A DNA stretch of 64,000 nucleotides, taken from NCBI GenBank assembly GCA_965277405.1, contig OZ255726.1:1024001-1088000 (forward strand), given 5' to 3'. Of this stretch, positions 1 through 11,913 are shown piece after piece. Position 1 is the first letter of the stretch, and each line of letters opens with the position of its first letter. The stretch is from Gammaproteobacteria bacterium. GTDB taxonomy: Bacteria; Pseudomonadota; Gammaproteobacteria; G965277405. The position numbers and the translations under genes are program-made. The notes beneath the pieces were generated by a model that saw only the letters and a list, made by a program, of their open reading frames with translations, did not search any database and was not told the DNA's origin.

Positions 1-2613
<2,613 letters not shown>

Positions 2614-2668
2614 AAAAAAGCGGAGGGTAAAAGGTATATATGGCATAGTTTTTTTGTTTTTTTCCTGT

Positions 2669-3778
2669 TTATATTAGTAACGGCATAATCACAAACCTGC
2701 TGTTTTGATTATCAGCTTCTTCAAGCAGCACTCTATCATGTCCGCCACCCATCTTAACTATACATTGTTTGCTGTCCATGGCGTTCAGAACATCTATAAC
2801 ATAGTCAACACTAAAGCTTGGCTCAATCGTTGCCCCTTGATATTCTCCATCCATCGATGAATAAGCTGATTCGCCAAACACATTTGCTGCACGCACTGTA
2901 ATAGGTTGGTTGGCATCTAAACTGATGGTTATTCCCCTTGGCTTGTCGTTTGAAAGAACAGATGTTATTTTAAGTTTTTGTTTGAGCAAAGCCACGTCAA
3001 CAATCAATTCGTTTGAATTATCGGTTGGAATAACGTCATTATAGTTTGGATATTCGCCTTCTAATGTTTTACAAACAAAAAAGAGGGAAGGGGTTGTAAT
3101 CGCCACGGAGTTTTCAAACACCTGTAATTCGATCAATTCCTCTGTATCTTGTAATTGTTTATACAGCTCAATAATGCCTTTTCTTGGAACAATCGCGTTA
3201 ATCGGCGTATTGTCAGCCCGATCAACATCTGTACTACAATACGATAAGCGATGGCCGTCGGTTGATATGGCGCGGAGCGATCCATTCCTACATTCAAACA
3301 GCAGTCCGTTCAAATAATGACGAACATCTTGATACCCCATCGAGAAACTTGTTTTTCTGATTAAATACCACAGCTTGGATTGACTAATACTGATTTTTGT
3401 CTGTTCTTGCTCTTCCAAAACAAACAAGGGGAACTCAGATGGTGGCAGGCAAACCAAAGAGTAATGAGAGTCAATTGTTGTAAGTTCAACATTTTTTTCT
3501 TTGAATGAAAACGTAATATCTCCATCTTGCGGTATTCCTCGTACTATTTCTAATAATTTTCTTGCAGAAACGGTTATTTGCAAATCATCTGTATCGACAT
3601 CCAATAATATGCTTGCTTGCAGCTGTACTTCTATATTTGTTGCCGTAATAATTAAACGATTGTTTTTTACTTCTATGTGTGCATTTGCCAAAATTGGCAT
3701 GGTTTGGCTCTTTTCTACTACACCAACGACAGTCTGCAGCGGTTGAAGTAATGCGTTTTGAGCAATGGTCAGCTGCAT
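2669..3778 (-). CDS. dnaN: DNA polymerase III beta sliding clamp
   Basis: LLQPLQTVVGVVEKSQTMPILAN, QDVRHYLNGLL, STDGHRLS, C-terminal FVIMPL; directly downstream of dnaA. Confidence 0.97.
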   Translation of the reverse strand: MQLTIAQNALLQPLQTVVGVVEKSQTMPILANAHIEVKNNRLIITATNIEVQLQASILLDVDTDDLQITVSARKLLEIVRGIPQDGDITFSFKEKNVELTTIDSHYSLVCLPPSEFPLFVLEEQEQTKISISQSKLWYLIRKTSFSMGYQDVRHYLNGLLFECRNGSLRAISTDGHRLSYCSTDVDRADNTPINAIVPRKGIIELYKQLQDTEELIELQVFENSVAITTPSLFFVCKTLEGEYPNYNDVIPTDNSNELIVDVALLKQKLKITSVLSNDKPRGITISLDANQPITVRAANVFGESAYSSMDGEYQGATIEPSFSVDYVIDVLNAMDSKQCIVKMGGGHDRVLLEEADNQNSRFVIMPLLI

Positions 3779-3902
3779 TTTGGTTCCACGGTGTTTGGGT
3801 TAATAGAGAAGTGTGTGGTTATTTAATTGTAATTGTTATTGTGGTTGTTTTGATTTAAAAAAAGGCTTGCGCTATCTTACATATAATACTGTTTTTTGAA
3901 AA

Positions 3903-5225
3903 CTATGTGGATATCATTTTTTCAAGAATTTGATAATCTTTTGCTAAGCCTTGATCTGTCTTAAGTAAGTCTTTAATTTTCTTTGTTGCATGAATAACCG
4001 TCGTATGGTCTCTGTTGCCAAAATTTTTACCAATTTCGGGAAAACTCATAGAAGTATATTGTTTTGTTAATGACATCGCAAGTTGCCGTGGTCGAACAAT
4101 TGTTCTTGTTCGTCCACCACCTAATAAATCAATAATTCTAACCTTAAAATACTCTGCCACGAGCTTTTGAATTTCTTCAACTGTAATAATAATGGTGTGG
4201 TATGAAAACAACTCGTCTAAAGCATGTTGTGCTATATCCGCTGAAATATGCTTTGTTCCCACCAGTTCAACAGCAATTGATCGCAAGGTAATCAACGCGC
4301 CCTCCAATTCACGCACGTTAGATTTAATTTTATGTGCGATAAGATATGCAACATCATCATCCATTGACAGTTGTAAATCTTTAGCTTTTCTTAATAGTAT
4401 TTCAACGCGTGTTTCATATTCAGGCGGCTGTATTCTAATAGATACGCCCATTCCAAGTCGCGATTTTATTCTATCTTCTAAGTTGTTTATTTTTTTTGGA
4501 TACTGATCTGAAGTAAATACAAGTATTTTGTTGTTATCGAGCAACGTGTTGAATGTATAGAAAAACTCTTCCTGTGTTTTTTCCTTGGATGATAAAAAAT
4601 GAACATCATCTAACAATAGCACATCTGTTTTACGATAATACGCATCAAATCTATCCATACATTTATTTTGTAAAGAAAAAATCATGTCGCGCATGAATTT
4701 TTCAGCCCGCGTGAATGCTACTTTTTTTTGGGGTGACTCGTGCAAAATTTGATTATAGATAGCGCTTAATAAATGGGTTTTTCCCAGCCCACTTGCGCCG
4801 TAAATAAGCAGAGGATTTGCTGCCATTTTATTTTGTAAAGCTGTGTTTTCTGCGGCAATGTATGCAACTTGGTTAGAATTTCCTTTTACAAAAGAACCAA
4901 AAGTGTTTTCTGCTTTTACATTTTCTTCAATACCATATAAATTACTGAGTAATTGTTGTTGTTTGTTCGGGGTTCTTGCTTGAATTTTCCAGGATGTCTG
5001 TGTTTTCATCTCATTTGATAAAGCAACACAGACAGCATCCAATATAGTTCCAATATTAGACCTATCGCCAGCAACGCGCGTTAAAACAAAAACTATCGAT
5101 GATTTAGTGTGTGAAAAAGAAATATTCGCGTGTTCTAGTTGAGATGGTATTTTTCCATTTATTTCAATAATTTTGTGCAAGAATCTCTCAATATTTAGCT
5201 GTTTTTCGGTTTCTTGTAGATCCAT
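3903..5225 (-). CDS. dnaA: Chromosomal replication initiator DnaA
   Basis: NPLLIYGASGLGKTHLL (Walker A), LLLDDVHF, SNVRELEGAL, PRQLAM...SFPEIG..FGNRDHTTVIHA (domain IV). N-terminal domain divergent. Confidence 0.97.
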   Translation of the reverse strand: MDLQETEKQLNIERFLHKIIEINGKIPSQLEHANISFSHTKSSIVFVLTRVAGDRSNIGTILDAVCVALSNEMKTQTSWKIQARTPNKQQQLLSNLYGIEENVKAENTFGSFVKGNSNQVAYIAAENTALQNKMAANPLLIYGASGLGKTHLLSAIYNQILHESPQKKVAFTRAEKFMRDMIFSLQNKCMDRFDAYYRKTDVLLLDDVHFLSSKEKTQEEFFYTFNTLLDNNKILVFTSDQYPKKINNLEDRIKSRLGMGVSIRIQPPEYETRVEILLRKAKDLQLSMDDDVAYLIAHKIKSNVRELEGALITLRSIAVELVGTKHISADIAQHALDELFSYHTIIITVEEIQKLVAEYFKVRIIDLLGGGRTRTIVRPRQLAMSLTKQYTSMSFPEIGKNFGNRDHTTVIHATKKIKDLLKTDQGLAKDYQILEKMIST

Positions 5226-5490
5226 AATTTTAGGATAAATGTAATATATTAAACGGGTGATTTATAAAAAAACATAAAAACGATCATAGGTATAAATAGC
5301 TTTGATTTTTAAAAGTTATGCATCACCAATATCATCAAGGCCATTTTTACATTACTTAGAAAAACAGATGAAAATTGTTTAAATAAAAAAACATTACTGA
5401 CAAAGTGTTAAAGGTTATTTTCATCAAGTTTGCGACTATATCTGATTTTTTAAACATATCTTTCCGTTTTAGTGTTAAGAATAACCATAG

Positions 5491-5765
5491 AAATCCTTTG
5501 ATTAATTCCATGCTGGTCGAGACCGTAAAAAACCGATGATAGAACTTAAACATAATGTGCAGCGACTAGTGGCGATATTATCCAATGCTACAACAACATT
5601 AGCGCATAGCGTTTTTTCGTATATCTGTTGAATATACTTGCTGTTAGTGACAACTGCTTAAACTTGCTGTGTTGCAACCTTTTATGTATATGCTACGGCA
5701 TGCGCCTTGCAATTCTCAACAATTCTCAACAAAATCACTCCATCAACGAGTTAATCTGCGGTTTC
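5491..5765 (+). mobile_element. Decayed copy of the IS5-type MITE, upstream of dnaA
   Basis: Colinear with 32795-33091 (TGATTAATTCCATG, AGCGTTTTTTC, TCTGTTGAATATACTT, GTATATGCTACGGCATGCGC, CTCCATCA-CGAGTTAATC); eroded TIRs flanked by ATAG on both sides (5487-5490, 5766-5769). Confidence 0.85.
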
Positions 5766-5819
5766 ATAGTAATCTATGGTACAGCATAGCCACTTAACAG
5801 CAGATTAGTAGCTTAAATC

Positions 5820-6020
5820 TAATTTTCTGTGGATAGTTTATAGTTATCAACAGGAAAACCGTTACACTAAACTAGATTTATCCAGTATTTGACTTCTATT
5901 CGGTACTTATCCACAAGTAATACACAACATAATTATTTTATAACATTATAAAATGCTAATATTCAACAGGACTTTTTTTAGATATCCACAAAAATCCAGT
6001 CAACTACTACAACTATAATT
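5820..6020. other. Probable replication origin oriC (DnaA-box cluster and unwinding element)
   Basis: TTATCCACA 5907-5915 (perfect); one-mismatch boxes TGTGGATAG 5828-5836, TTATCAACA 5844-5852, ATATCCACA 5982-5990; AT-rich stretch ~5931-5960; CAA-CTA-CTA-CAA-CTA run from 6001; upstream of dnaA. Confidence 0.8.
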
Positions 6021-7250
6021 ATGTATCAAGAATATATAATATTTATTGTAGTATTGACATTATTGTTGATATCTGCTTTTTTTTCAGGAAGTGAAACAGC
6101 ATTTTTTGCAATAAGACAACATGATATTAATAAACTTAATTCTGTTAATCAATCAAAGCTAAAAAATTTATTGGCAAAGCCTGATCAATTTCTAACTGGT
6201 ATTTTACTTGGAAACAATGTTGTTAACATTGGGCTAGCATCAATTGTTACATTATGGATAAGTAATAATTTTGGTAATGAATATATCCCAATTGGTTCAA
6301 TTTTATTAACAACACTACTGTTAATTTTTTGTGAAATAACACCAAAAACATATGCTGCTTATCAGCCATTTTGTTTTGTAAAAAATATATCATTACCAAT
6401 ATTACCTACTATTCTTCGTTTTATGTTGCCGTTGTCCTGGTTGATTAACTTTGCCAGCACTAAAATATTACTACGCTCTTTAATTAATAGTAATTTACAA
6501 CGACACTTAACAATGTTAGATATACGCGGTTTTGTTGCTGACTCTGGCTCTATTTTAACAAAACAACACAGCCAAATGTTGACAGCTTTATTAGATATGC
6601 AAAGTATTCTGGTAGAAGATGTAATGCAGCCATTACCAGCACTCGAAAGTCTTGATTTTTCGTTGGATATTCAACAAATACATTCAATATTAATTAACTG
6701 CAAACACCAGCAAATTGTTGTTTGGGATCAAACAGTACAAAATGTAATTGGTGTTTTAAGTATGCGGAAAATTCGTCATTTATACAATAAAACGTTCATT
6801 CATGATGATTTGTTAAAGTTGTTTTCTGACCCGGTTTTTGTACCAAATAATGTAGCGCTGTTTGTTCAGTTCCAAAAGTTTCAACAAGATATTTATGATA
6901 TAGGGTTGGTGGTAAATGAATTTGGAAACATTGTTGGATTTTTAACTTTAAAAGATATCATCGATGAAATTGTCCAAGACTTAGATAGTTTGCAAGAATT
7001 TAAAAAAAAAGTCCAGTTACGTTATGATGGTACTTTTGTTGTAAATGGAAATATTACTATTCGTGAACTGAATCGTGAGCTTGAATGGAAATTACCAACT
7101 AATGGACCAAAAACAATTGGTGGTTTAATTATAGAAGCCCTAGAAGATATACCGCAAGCTAATGCATCAATTCAAATTGATAACTATAGATTTGAAACAA
7201 TTCGCGTCGATAAAAAAGGTATTCGTCGTGTAAAAATTTGGCAGATATAA
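6021..7250 (+). CDS. CNNM (DUF21)/CBS/CorC-HlyC family membrane protein, probable Mg/Co transport
   Basis: SAFFSGSETAFF, ILLGNNVVN, LIFCEITPKTYA, VVNEFG..VGFLTLKDIIDEIV, GPKTIGGLIIEALEDIP. Confidence 0.9.
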   Translation: MYQEYIIFIVVLTLLLISAFFSGSETAFFAIRQHDINKLNSVNQSKLKNLLAKPDQFLTGILLGNNVVNIGLASIVTLWISNNFGNEYIPIGSILLTTLLLIFCEITPKTYAAYQPFCFVKNISLPILPTILRFMLPLSWLINFASTKILLRSLINSNLQRHLTMLDIRGFVADSGSILTKQHSQMLTALLDMQSILVEDVMQPLPALESLDFSLDIQQIHSILINCKHQQIVVWDQTVQNVIGVLSMRKIRHLYNKTFIHDDLLKLFSDPVFVPNNVALFVQFQKFQQDIYDIGLVVNEFGNIVGFLTLKDIIDEIVQDLDSLQEFKKKVQLRYDGTFVVNGNITIRELNRELEWKLPTNGPKTIGGLIIEALEDIPQANASIQIDNYRFETIRVDKKGIRRVKIWQI

Positions 7251-7257
7251 ACTTCGG

Positions 7258-7818
7258 ATGACATACAATATTGAAGCGTTTTTTTCAGCAATAACTGTGA
7301 GTAACCTTGTTTTATATATGTGTTTAGGACTGTGTCCTATTACCGTTGGACCTGCGAAAAGCAAAGGTTTGTTAGCCCTAGGTTGTGCTAGTTTTGTGGT
7401 TATTGTAGTAACGGTACCAATTGCACAAATATTGTATAATTATGTTTTGCTATCGAATCAACTCCATTTTATGCGCGGATTATTTGCTATGATGTTAATA
7501 GCGACCGTTGTGCAAGTAATAGATTTTTTTTTACGGACGTTTTTGCCATCAATCCATTTAAAATTAGGAATATATATAACCCTAGTTGCTTCAAATTGTG
7601 GTGTTCTTGCAACGGCTTTATTGCTGCAACAAAAGTCGTTTTTACAAGCAATATATCAAGCTGCCGCTATAGCAATTGGGTTTTATTGTGTTGTATGGGT
7701 GGTTCAAAGCCATAGCAAAAAACTTTGTTTAGAAAACAAAACAGCAAATATAGTTTGTACTTTATTGTCGCTAGGAACAGCAGCTTTGGCGTTAATGGGG
7801 TTTGCGGCCGTAATATGA
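7258..7818 (+). CDS. rnfA: Rnf/Rsx electron transport complex subunit A
   Basis: Hydrophobic; NLVL...LGLCP and LGIYITLVASNCGVL (RnfA/NqrE Cys motifs); LALMGFA C-terminus. Confidence 0.8.
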   Translation: MTYNIEAFFSAITVSNLVLYMCLGLCPITVGPAKSKGLLALGCASFVVIVVTVPIAQILYNYVLLSNQLHFMRGLFAMMLIATVVQVIDFFLRTFLPSIHLKLGIYITLVASNCGVLATALLLQQKSFLQAIYQAAAIAIGFYCVVWVVQSHSKKLCLENKTANIVCTLLSLGTAALALMGFAAVI

Positions 7819-8291
7819 TTGTTGTTTTTGCTGCCATTGTTGGAATAATCATCGCTGCCATTGCTTGGTTAGTTGATGATAAAAGCCATTCAGCGCCCAA
7901 TACTGTTGTAGCACTAATCAATATTGAGTTACCACAACTTCAATGCGGTCTGTGCAACCACGCTAGTTGCCTATTATACGCAAAGGCAATAGTAAACAAT
8001 AAAGAAACAATGAACAAGTGCACACCTGGTGGTACGGCATTGGTTGCTAGACTTGCAAATATAATAGGTGAAACAAACCAATCAACAGATAACGGGTTAC
8101 CTTTGCCACTACTACCTGTCGCCATACAAGAAAACAGCTGTATTGGTTGTACTGTGTGTTTAGAACATTGTCCGGTTGATGCTATTGTTGGTGCCCAAGG
8201 GCTATTACACACAATAATACAAGAGAAATGTACTGCTTGCGGCCTATGTGTTAAACCATGTCCTGTCGACTGCATTGTTTCATTGCAATGA
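7815..8291 (+). CDS. rnfB: Rnf/Rsx subunit B (ferredoxin-like)
   Basis: Start moved to the ATG overlapping the rnfA stop (ATGA). N-terminal TM, LPQLQCGLCNHASC..YA.AI, NKCTPGG, two 4Fe-4S motifs CIGCTVCLEHCP and CTACGLCVKPCP. Confidence 0.9.
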   Translation: MIVVFAAIVGIIIAAIAWLVDDKSHSAPNTVVALINIELPQLQCGLCNHASCLLYAKAIVNNKETMNKCTPGGTALVARLANIIGETNQSTDNGLPLPLLPVAIQENSCIGCTVCLEHCPVDAIVGAQGLLHTIIQEKCTACGLCVKPCPVDCIVSLQ

Positions 8292-9667
8292 ATATTGATC
8301 CGTTTCATGCGCTGCAGCAGTCGAGAGAATCAGCCTGGAAGAGTTTATACCTAGCTATAACACCTTCTGCAGAACAACAAGCAGCTTACTATCAGTTAGA
8401 CTCGGTCGCAACCGCTCCATATTCTCTCGAATACGGTCAAAACATATTGTTGCAACACGGTTCCATGAACAAAAGCCCTGCAAGCGGGGTTGCAAAATGT
8501 ACGCAAGGAGAACAACAGTCAACAATAATTAACATCCAACAAGCAGAATACCCAACAATAAAACATGTTCCATGTGAAACATTCGAGTGGTGGCGGCGGC
8601 TGAATCAGTCTGGCGTTGCAGGCCGTGGGGGAGCCGGTTTTTCTTTACAAAAAAAACTACATTGGTTTGCTGACCAAGCGCCGCGGCACGTGGTTGTGAA
8701 CGCAATAGAATGTGATGAAAACATTAAGAATGACGACTGGTTGATTAACAACCATTTACCAGCAATACAGGCGGCAACGCAACAGTGGCAAAGACATTTG
8801 AGTGAAAAATATCAACACCCAGTCCCAATAACAATTATTAGTAAAAACAAGCATCAAAGAATAAGACTGATTCAAACAGCTGGGGTGGCTGTTGTTCTTG
8901 GGGATTATGTTTATCCACAAGGCGCAGAGCGAGCGGTGCTTGCAACCTTACAACTGGTTGCTGCCCAGGCGTTTGTTGGCAATGCTGCTGAACACAATAT
9001 TTTGAGTATTAATTTACAAACATTCGTTTGGGCGGCTTTTGCTGGCTGCCACGAACAACCTTTGCTAAGCCGTGTTATAACCCTGAACGCTAAGCACCAA
9101 CAAACAGTGCGTCACTTACCGCTAGGTGTGCCATTGCGGGCATTGTCAATAGTTGGGGTGGCTGGGCGTGTTGGTTTACAGCAAGCTGATATATCGTTTA
9201 CAACAGCTATACCGTTGCCGCCGCAACAACATAAACAACAGCAGCCGTGTGTTGGCTGCGGTGCTTGTGATGAGGTTTGTCCAGCAAAACCGTTTTCACC
9301 GCAACACGCGCTACGCCGTATATCTGCTGCTGTGTTAGAGCAGTGCTGGCAATGTGGTCTTTGTGATGATGTCTGCCCTTCGCAAATACCCCTTACTGAA
9401 ATATTTAAACAGGCATTACAACGGCAACGCAAGCAACACCAAGACAGCCAACAGGCAGAACGTTATTTATTGCAGCACCAACTGCATCAACAACGAACAA
9501 TAGGTGCGGCAACACGGGGTCAACAACCCATACAGCAACAACCGCATGTCGTGGAAAAAACCGCACAGCAAATAACCCTACAACGCGCATTACGCAACGC
9601 AAAAAAATCTAACAACAGCAGCGCAATAGCCAGAATTAATCAACAGCTGCAACAATATAATGCCTGA
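8288..9667 (+). CDS. rnfC: Rnf/Rsx subunit C (divergent)
   Basis: AGRGGAGF, VVNAIECD, YPQGAER, CVGCGACDEVCP, CWQCGLCDDVCPSQIPL; start at the ATGA overlap with rnfB; Gln-rich tail. Confidence 0.8.
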   Translation: MNIDPFHALQQSRESAWKSLYLAITPSAEQQAAYYQLDSVATAPYSLEYGQNILLQHGSMNKSPASGVAKCTQGEQQSTIINIQQAEYPTIKHVPCETFEWWRRLNQSGVAGRGGAGFSLQKKLHWFADQAPRHVVVNAIECDENIKNDDWLINNHLPAIQAATQQWQRHLSEKYQHPVPITIISKNKHQRIRLIQTAGVAVVLGDYVYPQGAERAVLATLQLVAAQAFVGNAAEHNILSINLQTFVWAAFAGCHEQPLLSRVITLNAKHQQTVRHLPLGVPLRALSIVGVAGRVGLQQADISFTTAIPLPPQQHKQQQPCVGCGACDEVCPAKPFSPQHALRRISAAVLEQCWQCGLCDDVCPSQIPLTEIFKQALQRQRKQHQDSQQAERYLLQHQLHQQRTIGAATRGQQPIQQQPHVVEKTAQQITLQRALRNAKKSNNSSAIARINQQLQQYNA

Positions 9668-10475
9668 ACTACCAGAGGTTGAGACCAGTAAAAAAGCCAT
9701 GGTTTCCTACTTGTTGCAACAGCCAATCATACAAGTAAACGCTTACAGACCAACCTTGCGTTACCCAATAGCAGTAAAAATTCAAAAACTAGCTAACAGT
9801 GTTTTGGTTGACGTAACCCGGCGGGCGAAATATCTGATTGTAACCTTCGTTAAAAAAAAACAACAACAACAGTTGATTATTCATTTAGGTATGTCTGGTA
9901 GCCTACGGGTAGATGCGAGGGCAACAGCGCGACGTAAACACGATCATGTTGAATTTATATTTGCCAATAATATCTTGCGCTACCATGACCCAAGAAGATT
10001 TGGCTGCATTTGTTGGTTTGATACAGCTTGGCAGCAACGGCTACAACGTCTTGGAGTAGAGCCGTTGTCTGATGCCTGTAGTCCTAAATATATGTTTTCA
10101 AAAACACAGGTTTCGCAGCGATTGATAAAACCATTGCTAATGGATCAAAGTATAGTTGTTGGGATAGGCAATATTTATGCGAACGAGGCTTTATTTCGTG
10201 CTGGTGTATTACCGCAAACACCAGCAAAGCTACTTTCTTACCAGCAATGTGTTGCTATTATCCAAGAGATAAAATATATACTTGATGCAGCAATATCTGT
10301 AGGAGGAACAACGTTAAAAGACTTTGTGTCTGGAAACGGAAAACCAGGGTATTTTGCTCAGCAGTTATTTGTATATGGGCGTGCTAACCAGCCGTGCTAT
10401 CGGTGTGGTACTAGTCTGCAAACTATCAAACAATCCCAACGGGCGTCATTTTTTTGTAGCGTTTGTCAAATCTAA
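9660..10475 (+). CDS. mutM: Formamidopyrimidine-DNA glycosylase
   Basis: MPELPEVET, RRAKYL, HLGMSG, DPRRFG, GIGNIYANEALF, C-terminal zinc finger CYRC...CSVCQ. Confidence 0.97.
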   Translation: MPELPEVETSKKAMVSYLLQQPIIQVNAYRPTLRYPIAVKIQKLANSVLVDVTRRAKYLIVTFVKKKQQQQLIIHLGMSGSLRVDARATARRKHDHVEFIFANNILRYHDPRRFGCICWFDTAWQQRLQRLGVEPLSDACSPKYMFSKTQVSQRLIKPLLMDQSIVVGIGNIYANEALFRAGVLPQTPAKLLSYQQCVAIIQEIKYILDAAISVGGTTLKDFVSGNGKPGYFAQQLFVYGRANQPCYRCGTSLQTIKQSQRASFFCSVCQI

Positions 10476-10497
10476 CAAATCGGAACAATAAGCAATA

Positions 10498-11913
10498 GTG
10501 AATAATAAAACATTTAGCAAAACATCAATGTGGGGCGGGCGTTTTGATCAACATGCGGAAAAATCTATTGTAGAATTCAACGCGTCGATTCATTTTGACA
10601 AGCGACTGTATCAAGAAGACGTTGCAGGCTCTATAGCACATACGACAATGTTGGCTGAAGTTGGAATTCTCACAACAGCAGAATCAGAACAAATTATAAC
10701 TGGGTTGCAACAGGCAAAGCAAAAAATACAAAAAGGTGAAGTTGTTTGGAGCAGCGCTGATGAAGATATTCATATGGCAGTAGAGCGGATAGTAACAGAG
10801 TCGGTTGGTGAGGTTGGCAAAAAAATGCATACGGCTCGCTCCCGTAATGATCAGGTGGCAACCGATATTCGACTCCATCTTAAAACACATATTCATGTTA
10901 TTGCTAAACATTTATTACAGATGATGCAGGTACTAACGGAAACAGCAACTAAGTATGCGACAGTGGCAATGCCTGGGTTTACCCACTTACAACCAGCTCA
11001 ACCAATTACATTTGGCCATCACCTATTGGCATGGTATTCGATGGTTGAACGTGATTATCAAAGGTTATGTGAGGTATACCAACGAGTAGATGTTTCTCCT
11101 TTAGGCAGCGGAGCTTTAGCAGGAACGCCGCATCCAATTAATAGAAAATTAAGCGCAGACCTACTAAATTTTTCAACCATATCAAATAACTCACTAGACG
11201 CGGTTAGTGATAGAGATTTTGCAATAGATTTTTGTTATTTTGTGGCGATGACCTTGATGCATTTATCAAGATGGTGTGAGGAAATGATTATATGGTCGTC
11301 ACCATTGTTTGGATTTATTGATCTTCCAGACAGTCACTGCACCGGCTCATCGATGATGCCGCAGAAAAAAAATCCTGATGTGGCGGAACTTGTCCGCGGT
11401 AAAACAGCACGCACATATGGGAGCGTCATGGCGTTATTGACCTTGATGAAAGGGCAGCCATTAGCGTATAACAAAGATAATCAGGAAGATAAGGAGCCCT
11501 TGTTTGATTCAATTGATACCGTTGAGTCAGTGCTACCAGCCATGATAAGCATGGTTGCTGTGATGACACCAAACGCTAAAAAAATGCGAGCGGCATTGCA
11601 TCACGGCCACGTCGCAGCGACTGATTTGGCGGACTATTTAGTAGGTAAAGGAGTAGCGTTTCGCGATGCGCATCACAGTGTTGGGGTGCTGGTTACTTTG
11701 GCGATCAAACAACATAAAAGTCTTGAAGAGCTATCAATTACTGAATTTCAATCAGTGAATAAAAACATTGATGAAGACGTGTACCAACACATCACGGTGG
11801 AGGCGATGCTTGCAGCTCGCAACCATACTGGAGGTACTGCACCGCAACAGGTTTTGTTACAATGTAATCTTGCAACAGAGCACATAGCATCACAGCAGGA
11901 ACGTTGGCAGTGA
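10498..11913 (+). CDS. argH: Argininosuccinate lyase
   Basis: MWGGRF, HTARSRNDQVATD, PGFTHLQPAQP, TGSSMMPQKKNPD, YNKDNQEDKE. Confidence 0.97.
   Translation: MNNKTFSKTSMWGGRFDQHAEKSIVEFNASIHFDKRLYQEDVAGSIAHTTMLAEVGILTTAESEQIITGLQQAKQKIQKGEVVWSSADEDIHMAVERIVTESVGEVGKKMHTARSRNDQVATDIRLHLKTHIHVIAKHLLQMMQVLTETATKYATVAMPGFTHLQPAQPITFGHHLLAWYSMVERDYQRLCEVYQRVDVSPLGSGALAGTPHPINRKLSADLLNFSTISNNSLDAVSDRDFAIDFCYFVAMTLMHLSRWCEEMIIWSSPLFGFIDLPDSHCTGSSMMPQKKNPDVAELVRGKTARTYGSVMALLTLMKGQPLAYNKDNQEDKEPLFDSIDTVESVLPAMISMVAVMTPNAKKMRAALHHGHVAATDLADYLVGKGVAFRDAHHSVGVLVTLAIKQHKSLEELSITEFQSVNKNIDEDVYQHITVEAMLAARNHTGGTAPQQVLLQCNLATEHIASQQERWQ

Noticed and set aside
3903-7818. Visibly AT-rich block suggesting horizontal transfer
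   Set aside because: It contains dnaA, oriC and core genes with no mobility genes, so it is more likely an origin-proximal composition effect.
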